The notes: generated from the sequence alone by a model not told the origin. A stretch of DNA of 64,000 nt from Chrysomallon squamiferum (GCA_012295275.1 CM022675.1:11408001-11472000), one strand, 5' to 3'. Positions 45,560 through 60,281 are shown, counted from the first letter of the stretch. Numbers and translations are program-made.

Positions 45560-46215
45560 CTATCCGCTCGAAACATCTCTCACCGGCCCGAATTTGTGGT
45601 AATTTTTTTCCCCAAAGTGATTCCTCAGCGAGCGCGAAGCTATACATTTTAATTACGGATGGAAAAGCGAAACTCGGACAAATCCCGGATCTGTCGCTGG
45701 CGACTTCATCAATTCCGATTAGCGGATCCTGCTCATCTCTATTCCGACCAACATTCCTCGGTGTAAAATGGATCACTTGACATTTTCGTCTTTCCCCTCT
45801 CGTCTCGGGTCCGGCAAAAACAAAGCGATGTTCGACGTAATTTCGTGAATTCCCCATCAGTTACTCGCGGGGCGCGTTAATTGATAGATTTATTCCGCGC
45901 GCGCACGCGCTTAACCGTAGCGTGTCCGCATATGATTAATGCATTATTTCTGACTTCAGTCCCTTCCATTAGTACTGCAGGAAATAGCTATAAATGACGC
46001 CGCCACCCAGGGAATTAAGTGGGTAGTGGCGTGAAGGGTGGTCCCTCGGATTAATGATGTATGAGTGTGCAGTAACTCAGCTATGTATGATGTACAAGCA
46101 CCGCGCAGGATATACGAATAATAATAATGATACAAAATGCTGATTGCTTCTTGATTTTTTGACCTTTTTATGGAAGGAAATTATTGTACAGTGTCTGCAT
46201 GAACCTTTTAAGGAA
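45560..46215. promoter_or_regulatory. CpG-rich island with homeodomain-type sites and TATA-like box
   Basis: One of the highest CpG densities in the window. TGATTAAT at about 45933, TTAAGTG at about 46015, TATAAAT at 45989-45995 followed by GACGCCGCC, alternating CGCGCGCGCACGCGC at 45896-45910, and CArG CCTTTTAAGG at 46204-46213. Confidence 0.35.
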
Positions 46216-46634
46216 AGGGAAAGATTTTTTTTTTTGCTTTTTGTTTTGTTTCCCAGTGTTGTAATAGACCGAATAAAATAACACTATGATAATAGGTGTA
46301 CGTGCGTGATGCATGTATGTATGTATGTATGTATGAATGTTTGAATGTATGTATGTTTGTATGTATGTATATGTGTGTTTGTATGTATATATGTATCTGT
46401 ATATGTATGTATGTATTTATCTATGTATATGCATATGGGGATGGATGGATGGATGGATGAATGTATGGATGTATGTATGGATGGATGGATGTATGGATGT
46501 ATGTATATGCATGTTTGTCTCTATTTATATATGCATATGGGTTTTACATATGGTAATTTATTTGTGTATATGCTCTGTGTGTATATATATATATATATTT
46601 TTCAGTATATATTTGTCCGTACATATGTCTCTAA

Positions 46635-46695
<61 letters not shown>

Positions 46696-46719
46696 TTATC
46701 TTGCTAATTCACATTCTCT

Positions 46720-47000
46720 TAGGCTGGCGGTTACGCTTGTCTTTCAACGACGTAATGACACGAGTCTGTCTTCGCGATTTCTTCTGCTCCTTCAGTCCGG
46801 GCCCACACGCGTTTCTGGAATTCGCGTTTTACCTTCCGCCATGATGTAACAATTAACGTAATTGACGTCACGTGACACTGCCTGGTATTTTGCACATTCG
46901 TGTCTGAACAGACGAGCAAAACGAAAAAAACCCAGAACGAAACCGATTAGTGCAAGCTATGACGTAAGTTAACTATTTCGTAATTTACGTGTTTACGTGT
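46720..47000. promoter_or_regulatory. bZIP/bHLH-ZIP composite element
   Basis: TGACGTCA (46863-46870) overlaps GTCACGTGAC (46867-46876); TGACGTAA at 46960-46967; several additional ACGT cores. Confidence 0.4.
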
Positions 47001-47143
47001 TGTATTTATAATTGCATTATTAAATCAGTTTTATTTATGGCGATTTCCATGGTTATGTTAAGGTCAATGGGATTTTTTTCAATTTTTTCTCTCTCTCTCT
47101 CTCTTTTCTATTTCTTTTTTTTTTTCTTCTTCTGTTTGCTTCT

Positions 47144-47178
<35 letters not shown>

Positions 47179-47293
47179 TGTATTAAAGTTGCTATTCATA
47201 TTATTACTACAATTACTACTACTATTACAATTTCTATTATCACTATTACTAACGATACAATTACTACTGCTACAACTACCATTACCACTACTA

Positions 47294-47352
<59 letters not shown>

Positions 47353-47985
47353 GTTGTTGTTGTTGTTGTTGTCATTGTTGTTGTCATATATCCGATGCAC
47401 TTTGTAGTACTTTGTACACTCGAAATATATTTCATTTACATAAGTTTAAGGAGAATAAATAAACAAACAAACAAATATAAATAAATAAATAAATAAATAA
47501 ATAGAAATAAATAAATAAATTAAATAAATAAATAACCTAATTTGAAAATTATTCACTTTCATTCCACTTTCAATTCATTTCGCTTTCATTTAGTCCAATT
47601 CCGCATTTGCATTTAACCTCGTTATCCTTTAACGTAATTTCCACTTTGTTTTTCCACTTACTTTGTTAAAAAAAAAAAAAAAGAAAGCTTTTTAATAATA
47701 AATACATTCTCTCATTTACCCATTACTCCACTCTAAACCAAAACCATCTCGGCTCTTTGTTAAAAACCTTGTCTCTCCTCTCGTAAATTCTCGCGTGACC
47801 TGCGCCAGTAAAAAAAAAAAAAAAAAAAAAAAAAATTGTTTAAGCGGCGTTAAGAAAGGAAAGTGCTAATACCTCAGAGTCAATCCCGTCATCAGTGCTC
47901 GGCACCTCTTCAACATCATCGCGCGACGTCTGAGGGTCAACCACGCAGCGACGGCGTCAAAAGAACCCGCCTCGCATCTCGATTT

Positions 47986-48066
47986 TGATTTACTTCCTGC
48001 AGTCGCGAGAAACAGCGAGTGATTTACTTCCTGTAGGCGCGGGATTCGCTTTTGATTTACTTCCTG
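47986..48066. promoter_or_regulatory. Homotypic cluster: 3 x TGATTTACTTCCTG
   Basis: Identical 14-mer at 47986-47999, 48020-48033 and 48053-48066, separated by unrelated 19-20 bp spacers. It contains an ETS consensus (CAGGAAGT on the minus strand) overlapping TGATTTAC. Confidence 0.55.
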
Positions 48067-48554
48067 TTCTAACAATCCCGCAGTCAGAGAGGATCTTAGG
48101 TCGAGGGTCTTAGGTCATTTTTTTTTTTTTTCCTTGTCAAGTGGAGGGAATCGATTACAAGCTCGGTTTCGAAGTCAGAGGCGAGTGTTGATGAATATTA
48201 TTACTGAACCGAAACGGACCATAAATATTATTATTATTGAAGGAAGAGTAAATTTTTGATTGGGAAAGAGGTCGTGTATGTGAAAACGAGGTCTTCTGTG
48301 AGTTCTAGAGTCAGTCCACACAAATAAAAAAGTGTTTTAATTATTATTATTTTTTTTTTTTTTTTTAATATAAACACAGTTTTTAAGCATTTTTCGGTAA
48401 AGTTATGTAATGCAGAAAACATGGGTTGTCTGCCCTTTACTGTGTTATTATGTTAGTATTTTAGATGGATTCGTTAAAGAAAAGAAAACTTCGCATATCT
48501 GAACAAGTAGATATAAGGTTGGAACGGGCAAAAACGGACCGAGACTGATAACCA

Positions 48555-48800
48555 ATGAATAATGGATGAATGGATGGATGGATGAATGAATGGATGGATG
48601 GATGGATGGATGGATGGATAAATGAATGAATGGATGAATGGATAAATGAATGAATGGATGAATGGATAGATGGATAGAATGAATGGATGGATGGAGGGAT
48701 GAATGAATGGATGGATGAATGGATGAATGGATGAATGAATGGATGAATGGATGGATAGATGAATGAGCGGATGTATGGATGGATAGATGGATGGATGGAT
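48555..48800. repeat. (TGGA/TGAA)n tetranucleotide repeat
   Basis: Directly visible. Confidence 0.93.
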
Positions 48801-49870
48801 AAATCTGAAAATAATAATCATCAAAACTATTTCTCACTTAACAACCCTTTACAAAAAGTATGGCATCTTCTCCATCGTCTAATCTACTTCTTTTTCTTTC
48901 TTCTTCTTCTTCTTCTTCTTTATTTTTTTTTTTTTTTTTTTTTATTTCCCTCCTTTAGATTTCCCCGACTGTGTAAATCTGATACCTCGTGGGCAGATAT
49001 CAGAAGATTCACGCTTATCACCTCATTAGCAAGGTAGATTTATCTGACGCGAATTGGAAACAAACAGTTTCAGTAAAACGATACAGAGCTATCTAATAAA
49101 TAAAATTTAGAAAAAAAAAAAAAAAATTTTTTTACTAAGCAGACCACCCGCGAAAAATAGCAGAAGATAAGTTGAGTACGTCATGTATCCAGTTACAATA
49201 TATGGCGGGATCGATGTTCTAACAATATTCCATTAGAGTTACCTCCCTCCATTTCCGGAATGATTGATACCCCATCTCGGTGAATTATTTTTCAGTAAAC
49301 AACTAGTGGCAACGGTTTTGAATTTAGTGTTATATATCGATACATTATAAACGGTGCTCGAATAACATAGTCTCTGTTTAAGACAGGATTACATATTCGA
49401 TTTTGATCTCGTAACATTAATAACGTTTTCTTTTAAACACGTTCGCGCGAAGGGAGGTAACTGGAGTCCGTTGAGTGTTAATTGCTATAAATATTGCTCG
49501 TTGTTTTTGGAATGGATTAGATAAAATAAATTACAACACGTTTTACCTCGGGTGTTTCAGAGGTCACAATTTATGATCAGGGTTTCTTAAGTTTGAAAAA
49601 GTTCTCAGAAAAATTGTCCTTCTTTTTCTTTTTCTTTTTCTTTTTTTGATTTTTTCTTTAGGGAAAAAAAAAAAAAGAGAGAGATTTTCCTAAAACCCGA
49701 ACTGGCTCTTATTCAGGTTTTCATTTTTTATTTTTTATATTTTATTTTTTATTCATTTTTTTTTGTAATTCTTTTAATTTCTTGGGGTCTTTTTTTTTAG
49801 GTGTTTTTTTTTTATAAATAATAATACAGTTAATATTACTAAGGTACTCTATTTTATTCTATTATTATTA

Positions 49871-49926
<56 letters not shown>

Positions 49927-50361
49927 TACCATCCATGACGTCAAAGAATAATTCTGTATATTCCTTTTTCTTTTATTCATCGCATTCTTTTATCATTCAT
50001 CTCCCTATTTGTTCTTCGTTAAATCCTTATTCTTTCCATCCAATCATCAACAAATGAACTCATCCATTCGCCATTCCTTCATCAGTCCTTAATTCCTTCC
50101 TTCTCTCCATCCATACCTTCTTTCTTAATTTTTTTCATTAATCTCATTCATATGTCTATCCTTTCATCTGTCTGTTTGTACATTCATCAAACTTCTTTCG
50201 TATTCATCTATTTATCAGTCTGAAAGCATTTGTCAATTTATCATCCATTTCAGTTCAGTATTTCACATAATAAAATCTTATTAAAGCTTTCGAAATTTAA
50301 AATGTAATACAGCAGTTGATAAATACAAAAGAAGATAGTAAATGATAAATGTTAAAGAATG

Positions 50362-50410
<49 letters not shown>

Positions 50411-50585
50411 ACAGTGAAAAATACCAATTAATTAAATTCAACATTTCGATAATAAAACTAAATTTATTATTACCATTCCTTCATCATCATCATTCTTTTG
50501 GGTGTTTTTTTTTTTGTTGTTTTTTGTTTTTATTTTGTAATCGTCGTCAATATTAATAATACCAGTATTAGAAAAGTATTATTTG

Positions 50586-50703
<118 letters not shown>

Positions 50704-50749
50704 CTCAATTATTAAGAAATTTTTCCACGATAAGTATACTTGTGTACGA

Positions 50750-51560
50750 TTGCATCCGGTGCGGGTGCAGAAAAATGACCCTGTTGCACACTAACGCTCC
50801 AGCACTGAAACAAATGTCGCAAAATTTTAAAATTTATTGTACGTTATTTTCTTTTTCCTCTTTCGGCCATAAATCTAATTGACACACGAAACACAGCTTT
50901 TCCTGGCATCTAATTGAAACCGAAGGGGTTTCTCAGTTAAACAATTAAAGCTTTCCCACAAAAGCGACTTGGGCAAAAATCCTAGTGGGGAAGGAGCACC
51001 GGCCCTAAAAAAGTGAAATGAATGCCAAAAGCTGCGGCCATAAAACGTATGACGTCACGGGGTGATGGCCGTGCAGAAAGACGTAAAAATGTTAATTACG
51101 GCTGCCGGCTGCATAGCGACTCCCAGGACCCACCGCGAGAGTGCAAGAGCTTAAGCCCGCTGTCGTTTTTCTTTAGCCCGAGCATTGCGATAAAATGGAC
51201 ATAAAAACCCATTTTTAAAGCTTACATGTGGAATCAAGTCCGCTTATCAAAGTCAAGACGGTAGAGTGTCTCTCGTTTTCGTTACCAAGCATCTGAAGTG
51301 ACTAGGCGGTCTATACGCGTTGGCTGTGAACTTTTTAAGCGCGTTTTAATCGGACCGGGCCGAACAGTTTTTACGGCCTTCTAAAAATTTTTTTTTTTTT
51401 TTTCAATTTATACCGCCCCTTTCTCCACAGATGCGGCCAAATTGTTGGTTTTATTTGAAAATACTCGGGCTTTTCATACTTTTATATCGCGATTCTTCCA
51501 TTTTTACGAATCGCTCGCGTTTGTTCGGTTATAATATTCGCATAAAATGACTTTTAATAC
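50750..51560. promoter_or_regulatory. CpG-rich island with Cdx/posterior-Hox-type sites, CRE and Su(H) site
   Basis: GGCCATAAA at 50865-50873 and 51036-51044; TTTACGGCC at 51370-51378; TGACGTCA at 51050-51057; TTCCCACA at 50953-50960. Confidence 0.35.
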
Positions 51561-52402
51561 CCCGACGAAGTACAATAGGCTTCCCCACTACCAGAATGAA
51601 TTAGTTTTCGCTTTGTTTTCAAAGAACCATCTCAGAAATATAAGGGGGAAAAAATCTTTGCTTTTGCCCATTGGATTTGTACGAAAATTACTTATAATCA
51701 TTTTAAAAAATATATATATATATATATATATACGTATATAACGAGCACGTTTCTGTTCTTAAGGATAAGCTTTAACGTGTATGTTTATTATATTAAAAAA
51801 AAAAAAGAGAGAGAGAGAAAAATATGTTGTTTCGTCCTGGCTTGTGATCAGTCTATTTTTTCGTGTCTGGAATTTTAAAACGGAAGGGAAAATACTCAAC
51901 AGGTAAGATTCGCTTTGATGTTACCGACGTTTGATTTACCTGTACAAAGTGAGTCTTAGAAAAAGCCATTGCCAATTGTTCGACTCTGAGAGAGACGTTT
52001 TTTTTTGTTTTTTTTCTCTCTCATTTAAATCTTGAAGCATTATTTTTTCGTGTTTGTTACAGATACTATCGGATTTTCACTTTAAACCGAAAAATTATAG
52101 AACGACATCTGTCACCATCGGGTTATTTATTCATTTATTCATTTATTCATTTGTTTATTCATTCAATTATTTATTCGTTTATTCATTCATTTATTTATTT
52201 GTTTATTCATTCAATTATTTATTTATGTAATTGTTTGTTTGTTTGTTGTATGTAAACGTATTTATTTACCTGCCTATCTCCATCTGTTTATGCACAAAAT
52301 ATGTACTACTACAAATACTATTATTAACATTCTTGCAAGTGTCACTATTTCTACTATTACTACCAACTTTACTACTGCTTATACTACTACTACTACTACT
52401 AC

Positions 52403-52435
<33 letters not shown>

Positions 52436-52446
52436 CAACAACAACA

Positions 52447-52505
<59 letters not shown>

Positions 52506-53382
52506 CGTCATTGTTTATTTGTTTCTCTATTTATTTCATTCTTTTCTTATTTCCTTCATTATTTCCTTGTGGCACCAGTAAATTCTATTAACATCAATTC
52601 TGTGTATGTGATCTGAATACAGCTAAACTCCAACAATTCAAAGACGACTGATGAATTTTATTCTATTGTACTACTCTATAAGTATTTAAAATATATATAT
52701 ATTTCTAACACTGTTTAAAGATTATCTTAAGTGTATGTATATATATATATATCAAAATAATAATAATAATAATAACAGCAATAATAATAATAATAATAAT
52801 AATAACAGCAATAATAATAACAACAACAATAATAATAATAATAAAACAAGAATTATAGTCAAATCAAATTTCAGTCGAATATCTCACAAATATATAAGAA
52901 TCTATGACATGACCAGCTATTTGCTGGCAAACTGCACACATCTAACCTATCGACTGATATCTATTGATCGATTTCCTGAAAATTTTCATTACTGTTGATA
53001 GTCGCTGAACCCATTGATCTGTTACTTAATGAATGTGATTACGAATGGAGCGTGGAAGTATATTTGTGTCTGGATTAACATTTTCCGGATAACTGTTATG
53101 GGTCACACAGACAGACAGACAGACAGACAGATAATTAATAAAAAATTAATTGATATTTGCTGATCCAAAGATAATTTGTTAGCAGACGACCGAGGTGTCA
53201 GTTTTCACTGTTTGTCTGTCTGTATATATGTAATGTTTATGTATTTGTTTGTGTGTGTATATGTGTATATAAATACATTTATATAAATTTATATGTATGT
53301 ATGTATGCATGTACATATGTATGTATTTATGTATGAATATATATATATGAATTTATACATATTTTATGCTTGTATGTACGTA

Positions 53383-53432
<50 letters not shown>

Positions 53433-53480
53433 ATTAGATATATATATGTATGTATTAAAGTAAATATGTATATTCATAAG

Positions 53481-53521
<41 letters not shown>

Positions 53522-54079
53522 TCACACACCCAATTAGACATATATATATTTGTATGTATTAAAGCAAATATGTATATATCTAAATATGTATATATCTAAC
53601 GTGTTTGTGCATGCGTGTACCTATCTATTTCATTTCACATACCACGTTGTATCAAAATATCAGTCATATATATTCACGTAGATAGTTAGGAGTGTAACAA
53701 AATAGCTCGCTGTCTGATATCCCAGATATACCATATACACACATATGGACACAAACATACACTTAATAGTTCAGATACGGGAGAGAGAGAGAAAAAAATC
53801 GCTTAGTTATTTCTGCTGTTCTAACAAGCCTAACAAGCCCGTGTGAAATGAAACTTTGATCATAATCGTTTAAAATCAGATCCATGTGTCTGTGAGAAGT
53901 ATTGATCGATGAATGTTTGTATAACCCAGGGAGACACTGTCAGATTTGATATGTTTATATGTGATCAACAGATACAGAGATTTCCAGAAATATTTTAAGA
54001 AAATAGCTGAATGTATTAAATTCGTGCACGTTAAATATTACGTTGAAAGTCTTGTCAGTTTTTGTAATTAAGTAATGAC

Positions 54080-54080
54080 G

Positions 54081-54148
<68 letters not shown>

Positions 54149-54205
54149 TAATAATAATGATAATGATAATAACAACAACGACAACAACAATAACAATAAT
54201 AGTAG

Positions 54206-54237
<32 letters not shown>

Positions 54238-54363
54238 ACGACAATAAGAACAATAACAATAACAATTATAAGAATAGTAGTAATAATAATAATAATAATA
54301 ATGATAATAATAATAATAATAATAATAGTAATAATGATAATAATGATAATGATAATAATAATA
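54080..54363. repeat. Interrupted (AAT)n/(AAC)n microsatellite
   Basis: Directly visible. Confidence 0.94.
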
Positions 54364-54903
54364 AAAGATTAATAATATTTAAAATATTATATTAATTATG
54401 ACATGTAACGGGCAAACTAGTAATTTCATTTAGTTTAATTTATCTGTTTCTGTACATTTAAAATATAATAATAACAAAATGTTTTATATTTAAATTATAA
54501 TTTATTTTACATAGTGTTGTTTATTTCATACAATATCTGATTATTAATTCTTTACACGGTTTTATTTTTATTTTTATTCATTTATTATATTTAAATGTAT
54601 GCTTTCTTATTTTGAGGTTGTTTTTTTTATATTATTATTATTTTTTATTTTATTTTATTTCCTTTGTTATTATTCATTTTCATTTCATTTTTATTGCTGC
54701 TATTATTATTTTTTTACGGAATTTATATTATTTTATTTTGCTTAAATATTATTTCATCATAATTTTTGTTTATATTAACTCTGCTTTTCATTTCCATAAC
54801 AATAGCCAAGAAAACAAACTGAAAGTAAAATAAAAATAATTTAATTCATTTTAGTTCTCTAGAACTAAGAAGATTATTTAAACATAAAATGAAATGTTTA
54901 CTG

Positions 54904-54969
<66 letters not shown>

Positions 54970-55182
54970 TTAATTTCTTATTAATAATACAAAAATGATA
55001 CATCACGTATTATATTCTATATTTTAGTGAAATAAGAAACATAAATCGGAAACACAATAGAACTAGAAATAATATAACACTGAAAATATATAAAATGTAG
55101 ATTTCAAATAAAATATATATTATTTTGGATTGTTTTTTTGTAAGTAAAGTATGTGATGAAATTTCACATATGTAATTAAAAA

Positions 55183-55527
55183 TATATAATATAATATAAT
55201 ATAATATAATATAATATAATATAATATAATATAATATAATGTATTGTAATGTAATGTAATATAATATAATGTAATAAAACAATATAATACAACATAAAAT
55301 AGTATAATGTAATATAATATAACAATATAATATGATATGATTTAACATAATATAATGTAATGTAATGTAATGTAATAAAACAATATAATACAACATAAAA
55401 TAGTGTAATATAATATAATATGATATGATATGTTATGATATGATGTGATATAATATAATATAATATAATTATAATATAATATAACATAATATAATATAAA
55501 ATAATGTAATATAATATAATATAATAT
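55183..55527. repeat. Pentanucleotide (ATATA/ATGTA)n repeat with internal duplication
   Basis: Directly visible. GTAATAAAACAATATAATACAACATAAAATAGT occurs twice, at about 55271 and 55372. Confidence 0.9.
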
Positions 55528-56182
55528 GACCTGAAAATGTCAAACAGAAAATATGATTTTCGAGAAGAAAAAAAAATACAGAAATCGCACTCATTATAGC
55601 TAGCAGCAGATTTTACAAAATATTCTTGCATACTCCATTTTTATTCTTTAATTTACGTCAATGGTCTATTATCTAGCTAGAATGATGACTTCACACAAAC
55701 AGATATTTGTTTCAGCGTATATTTTTCGTACTTGTAAGATACATACAAACGTGAAAGTTGTACAAAAATATTCTGTGATTACAATTTATCCCGAAAACTC
55801 AAAACGTTAAATCAAAGGCACCAAATGAAAAGTACAGTACATATATTGTTACATAATTGTTTACAGATAATTTATTACCATTTTTTTTTTTTTTTTTTTT
55901 TATTTATTTAATTGTTTATTTACTTATATATTTATTTATTTATTTATTTATTTATTTATTAGCAGTATACAAACGGAACATTTAAAAAACAAAATATAGT
56001 CAAATGCGTCTACTAAAATCTAAAATAGTTTTATATTACTTATTGTTTCATAACTCAGTAATAATAATAATAATGGTAACAACAACAACAACAACAACAA
56101 TAATAATAAACAACAACAACAATAATAATAAAGGAAGAATTAACTGCGGTAAATCAATCGCAATGTTTCTTTTCTTCTTGTT

Positions 56183-56220
<38 letters not shown>

Positions 56221-56933
56221 TTTCTTTTTAAAGAGTAATATAAATTATATTTGTATTATTATTATTATTAATAATATTTCATTGTGACTGCAGCAGGAAA
56301 AGTAAATGTTTATTTATTTATTTATTCTAGTAGGTTTTCGTTTTCTTTACTTTTCTTTTCTTATTATTATTATTACTTTTACTTTTTTTTATTTTTATTT
56401 TTTATTTTTATTATTACTATTATTATTAGTAGTAGTAGTAGTAGTAGTAGTATTACTATTATAACTACTACTACTACTACTACTACTACTACTGCTCCTA
56501 TTACTATCAGTATTACTATTATTATTATTACAGTAAATATTGTTAATTCAAAAAACAATATCATTACATTCCGTTTTCCTTTCAAAATAATGTTGTGGTT
56601 GTTTGTTTTGTGTTTTTCCTTATTTATTTATTTAATCATTATTCCATCAATCCTTTTTATTTTTATTTATTTTATATTTTTTCCCTATATTTGACATTAA
56701 ACTCTTAATGGTTCTCAGTTTTGAACAAGATAAACAAAATTAGATATTTTTATTTCCTGTAAGCATTAGACACTTATGCATATGCATATATACATATCGA
56801 TACATACATACATACATACATACATACATACATACACACACAAAATACAATACTGTGATACACATAATAACAAAACAAAGAAATAAAATTAAATTAATTG
56901 TCTAACTTAATTATGATTATAATTATAATTATA

Positions 56934-56996
<63 letters not shown>

Positions 56997-57068
56997 TTAA
57001 TTTTTATTTGTATTATTATTATCATTATTACTTATTGTTGTTCAACAGCATTATAAAAATACAAACAG

Positions 57069-57269
57069 CTTTCTTGCTATTGTTTAATAACAGGTATTAC
57101 TCGCATTATTAAACACAATATTTACGAATACAACTTTCTTGCTATTGTTTAATAACAGGTATAACTCGCATTATTAAACACAATATTTACGAATACAACT
57201 TTCTTGCTATTGTTTAATAACAGGTATAACTCGCATTATTAAACACAACATTTAGGAATACAACTTTCT
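57069..57269. repeat. 65-bp tandem repeat, 3 near-identical copies
   Basis: TTCTTGCTATTGTTTAATAACAGGTA starts at 57071, 57136 and 57201. Each unit has an internal TGTTTAATAA/TTATTAAACA inverted repeat. Confidence 0.95.
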
Positions 57270-59069
57270 CCGACGGACGCGTCCAAACCGCATTCGAGAA
57301 CAAAGTAAAAATATCACGAAGTGAAATTCGTATCAAATTACATCACAAGACTGGCATTTACGATTCTCAAACCTGGATTGAGTTTCTCCTACCTTCTGCT
57401 TTCTCTCATTACACTCCTCATTTTTAAACACAGCAAAAAAAAAAAAAATATATGAAGTCGCGTACCTTGTTTCTGCAGTTTACCTGGTATAATTTCGTTC
57501 ACTTTTCTCTCTGATATGGTAATGCACAACTTCACATCAAAGGTAAATAATACTCCGTATTAATATTAATTTTGACGTCATGGTGGCTTTCTGCATGAAT
57601 TTTACATAATTGAAAAAAAACAAATTTTTTTTTAAAAAAAACAACACACACACATTTTTTTAGTTACAATATTATTATGTGTGCGTTTATTTCTTTATAT
57701 TTCTTTTTTATGTATTTGGTTGTTTGTTTTTATGTTATTTTTATTTATTTATTTATTTATTTATTTTTCGTTATTTTTTAACGTAAATATGCACGCATAC
57801 ATATATGTGTGCATACATGCATATATGCACGAATCAATACACATATACAAATGTAAACTATTCTGACATTCATACATGATTACGTGTTTATTGGAATATA
57901 CGTACATACAGATATAGACTGTGTAATTTTATTACTCGCGCATACAAATATTCATAATACAAGAGCATGGGAGTGTACCAGTCTACAATTCAATAGTTAC
58001 GCCTCATATATTTGTCATTGTCTATCATAAAATAAAATGTAACAAAACAAAACGATATGAAACGAAATAAAATGAAATAAAATAAAATAAAATAAAATAA
58101 AATAAAATAAAATAAAATTTAATGATATAAAATGAAATAAAATAAAATTAAATTAAATTAATTACAGTTCAAATATTTTACAGATTAATATATATTAATT
58201 AAGGGAAAATGAAAGAAAAACAAAATTAAAAATAAAAAGTAATAAAACAAAGTTAAATTCATAATATATAGTCTTGAAACAACGAAAACAAAAAAATTAA
58301 ATAAAAAGAAAATTAAAAATAGGATAAATTAAAAGAAAAGAAAGTAAAATAAAATATGAAAAATTAAATAATAATTTAAAAAAAAAGATTAAAAATACAG
58401 AAATTATAAAAATGAATATAAAACAAAAAAAAAGTAAATAATATAAAATAAAGCAAAACAAAATTAATTAATTATCTAAAATTATCGAACATAACGAAAC
58501 AAAAAAAAATAAAACAAGTCAATAATATTAAATATTCTTTATAAAATTTTAAATGATCATAACATAAATATACACACACACACACTCACACGCACGCACA
58601 CACTCAAACTCACGAAATATACAAAATATATATATATATATTCTCGAAAATCCTAAAGACTACGCACATACTTTATTGATCACCGGAAAGACGAAAGAAT
58701 TTAAATATTTATAGATAAACGCAAGTCTCTCTTGCCGATAGACACGTGACCCTGAGATTTCCGCGTTAATTGTTTATTAATTATTTACGACATTTTCTTC
58801 GACTTTGTTAGCAGAAATCCTCCCAGGCTGCACAGCTGACTGTAACTAAATAATCCTCGTTTATTGCCACGTAAAGTACAATAGATGAACGCGGAATTAA
58901 AAAGCGATAAACTCATTTCATGCAAATTCAGCGCGTACGGGGGACCAAGGAACGCATAAGCAGATATTCCGGAGGATAATCTTTCTGGATTTCAAACGGG
59001 TTCTAAAATTTTGCTGCCGTTTATTGTGAGATCGGGTTTTGATTTATTTAGTTTAAAAACTGTGGAGTG

Positions 59070-59102
<33 letters not shown>

Positions 59103-60248
59103 AGTCGGTTTGAAGATTTATGGGTTTGTTTGAATTTTGTACTTTCAGTGTGGTCTACTAGCAAAAGTGTCCCGATTCATAATTATTCTGTTTGTTGTTG
59201 TTGTTTTTTTTTTGAACAAATAGGCTGAGTTTTGTTCGGATATTTTCGAACTGTATTTCGTTTGGGTTTGTATTTTACTTTTTTTTTTATTTTTTTTTTT
59301 TTTTTTTACGTTATTTATTTATTTATTTATTTGGAGGTTTATTTGTGTAATTGCTTGTTTTGTTTGTTTATTTATTTATGTATGTATTTATTATTAATTG
59401 TTATTATTATTATTATTTATTATTATTATTATTATTATTACTATTATTATTATTATTATTATCATGTTGTTTTTATTGTTACGCTGCATTACATTACGTT
59501 ATACTAATTCACTATATTATAATATTATATTATATTACAATATATATATATATATAGATAGATAGATAGACAGATAGATAGATAGATATATCAATAAAAT
59601 GATTTTTCCAGTAATACAGATAAATGCTAGCTCATGTGAACTTAGACAGAAATTTAAATGTATTAGTCTTTTCTAATTACGTAGTTCGTAACTAAAATCA
59701 TTTTACGCATAAACGCACACACACACACAGATACACAATCACAATCACACACACACACACACACATATGCAAATATATGTGCACATACGCATGCACGCAT
59801 GTAATGTACAAAATCATAATAATAACACACGCACACACACACACACGAATAAGTACAACGAAAAAAAAATAGAAGGAAGTAATAATCCTTATCACATTCG
59901 ATAACAATTGTTTTATTACCTAAAGCGTCAATAATGTACTCATTATTTAGCGTATACTGTAACTGTCAAAAGAGAATTAAAATCGTGCATATACTTCACT
60001 TGCGTCCACGTAATTACAAACAACAATACATGCAAGAAGAAAACAAAACCTGATACTTCACTGGAACGTTTTATACATTAATTATTATTTATTTTTCATT
60101 TTCATTTCGTTCAGTAAAATATTGATTAATTTAGCAATCTTTTTTACTTTCTAAACCTTGAAGATATTTTTTTATAATTTTAATTTTTTTTGTTTTGTTT
60201 AGTATATTTAAAAAATTATTTTTATTTAATTTGTTAATTATTTGTTCT

Positions 60249-60281
<33 letters not shown>

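Noticed and set aside
47986-48066. Repeat-spacer-repeat pattern as a mini-CRISPR
   Set aside because: The 14-bp repeat and about 20-bp spacers are too short, there are only three copies and no cas genes; TF-site content explains it better.
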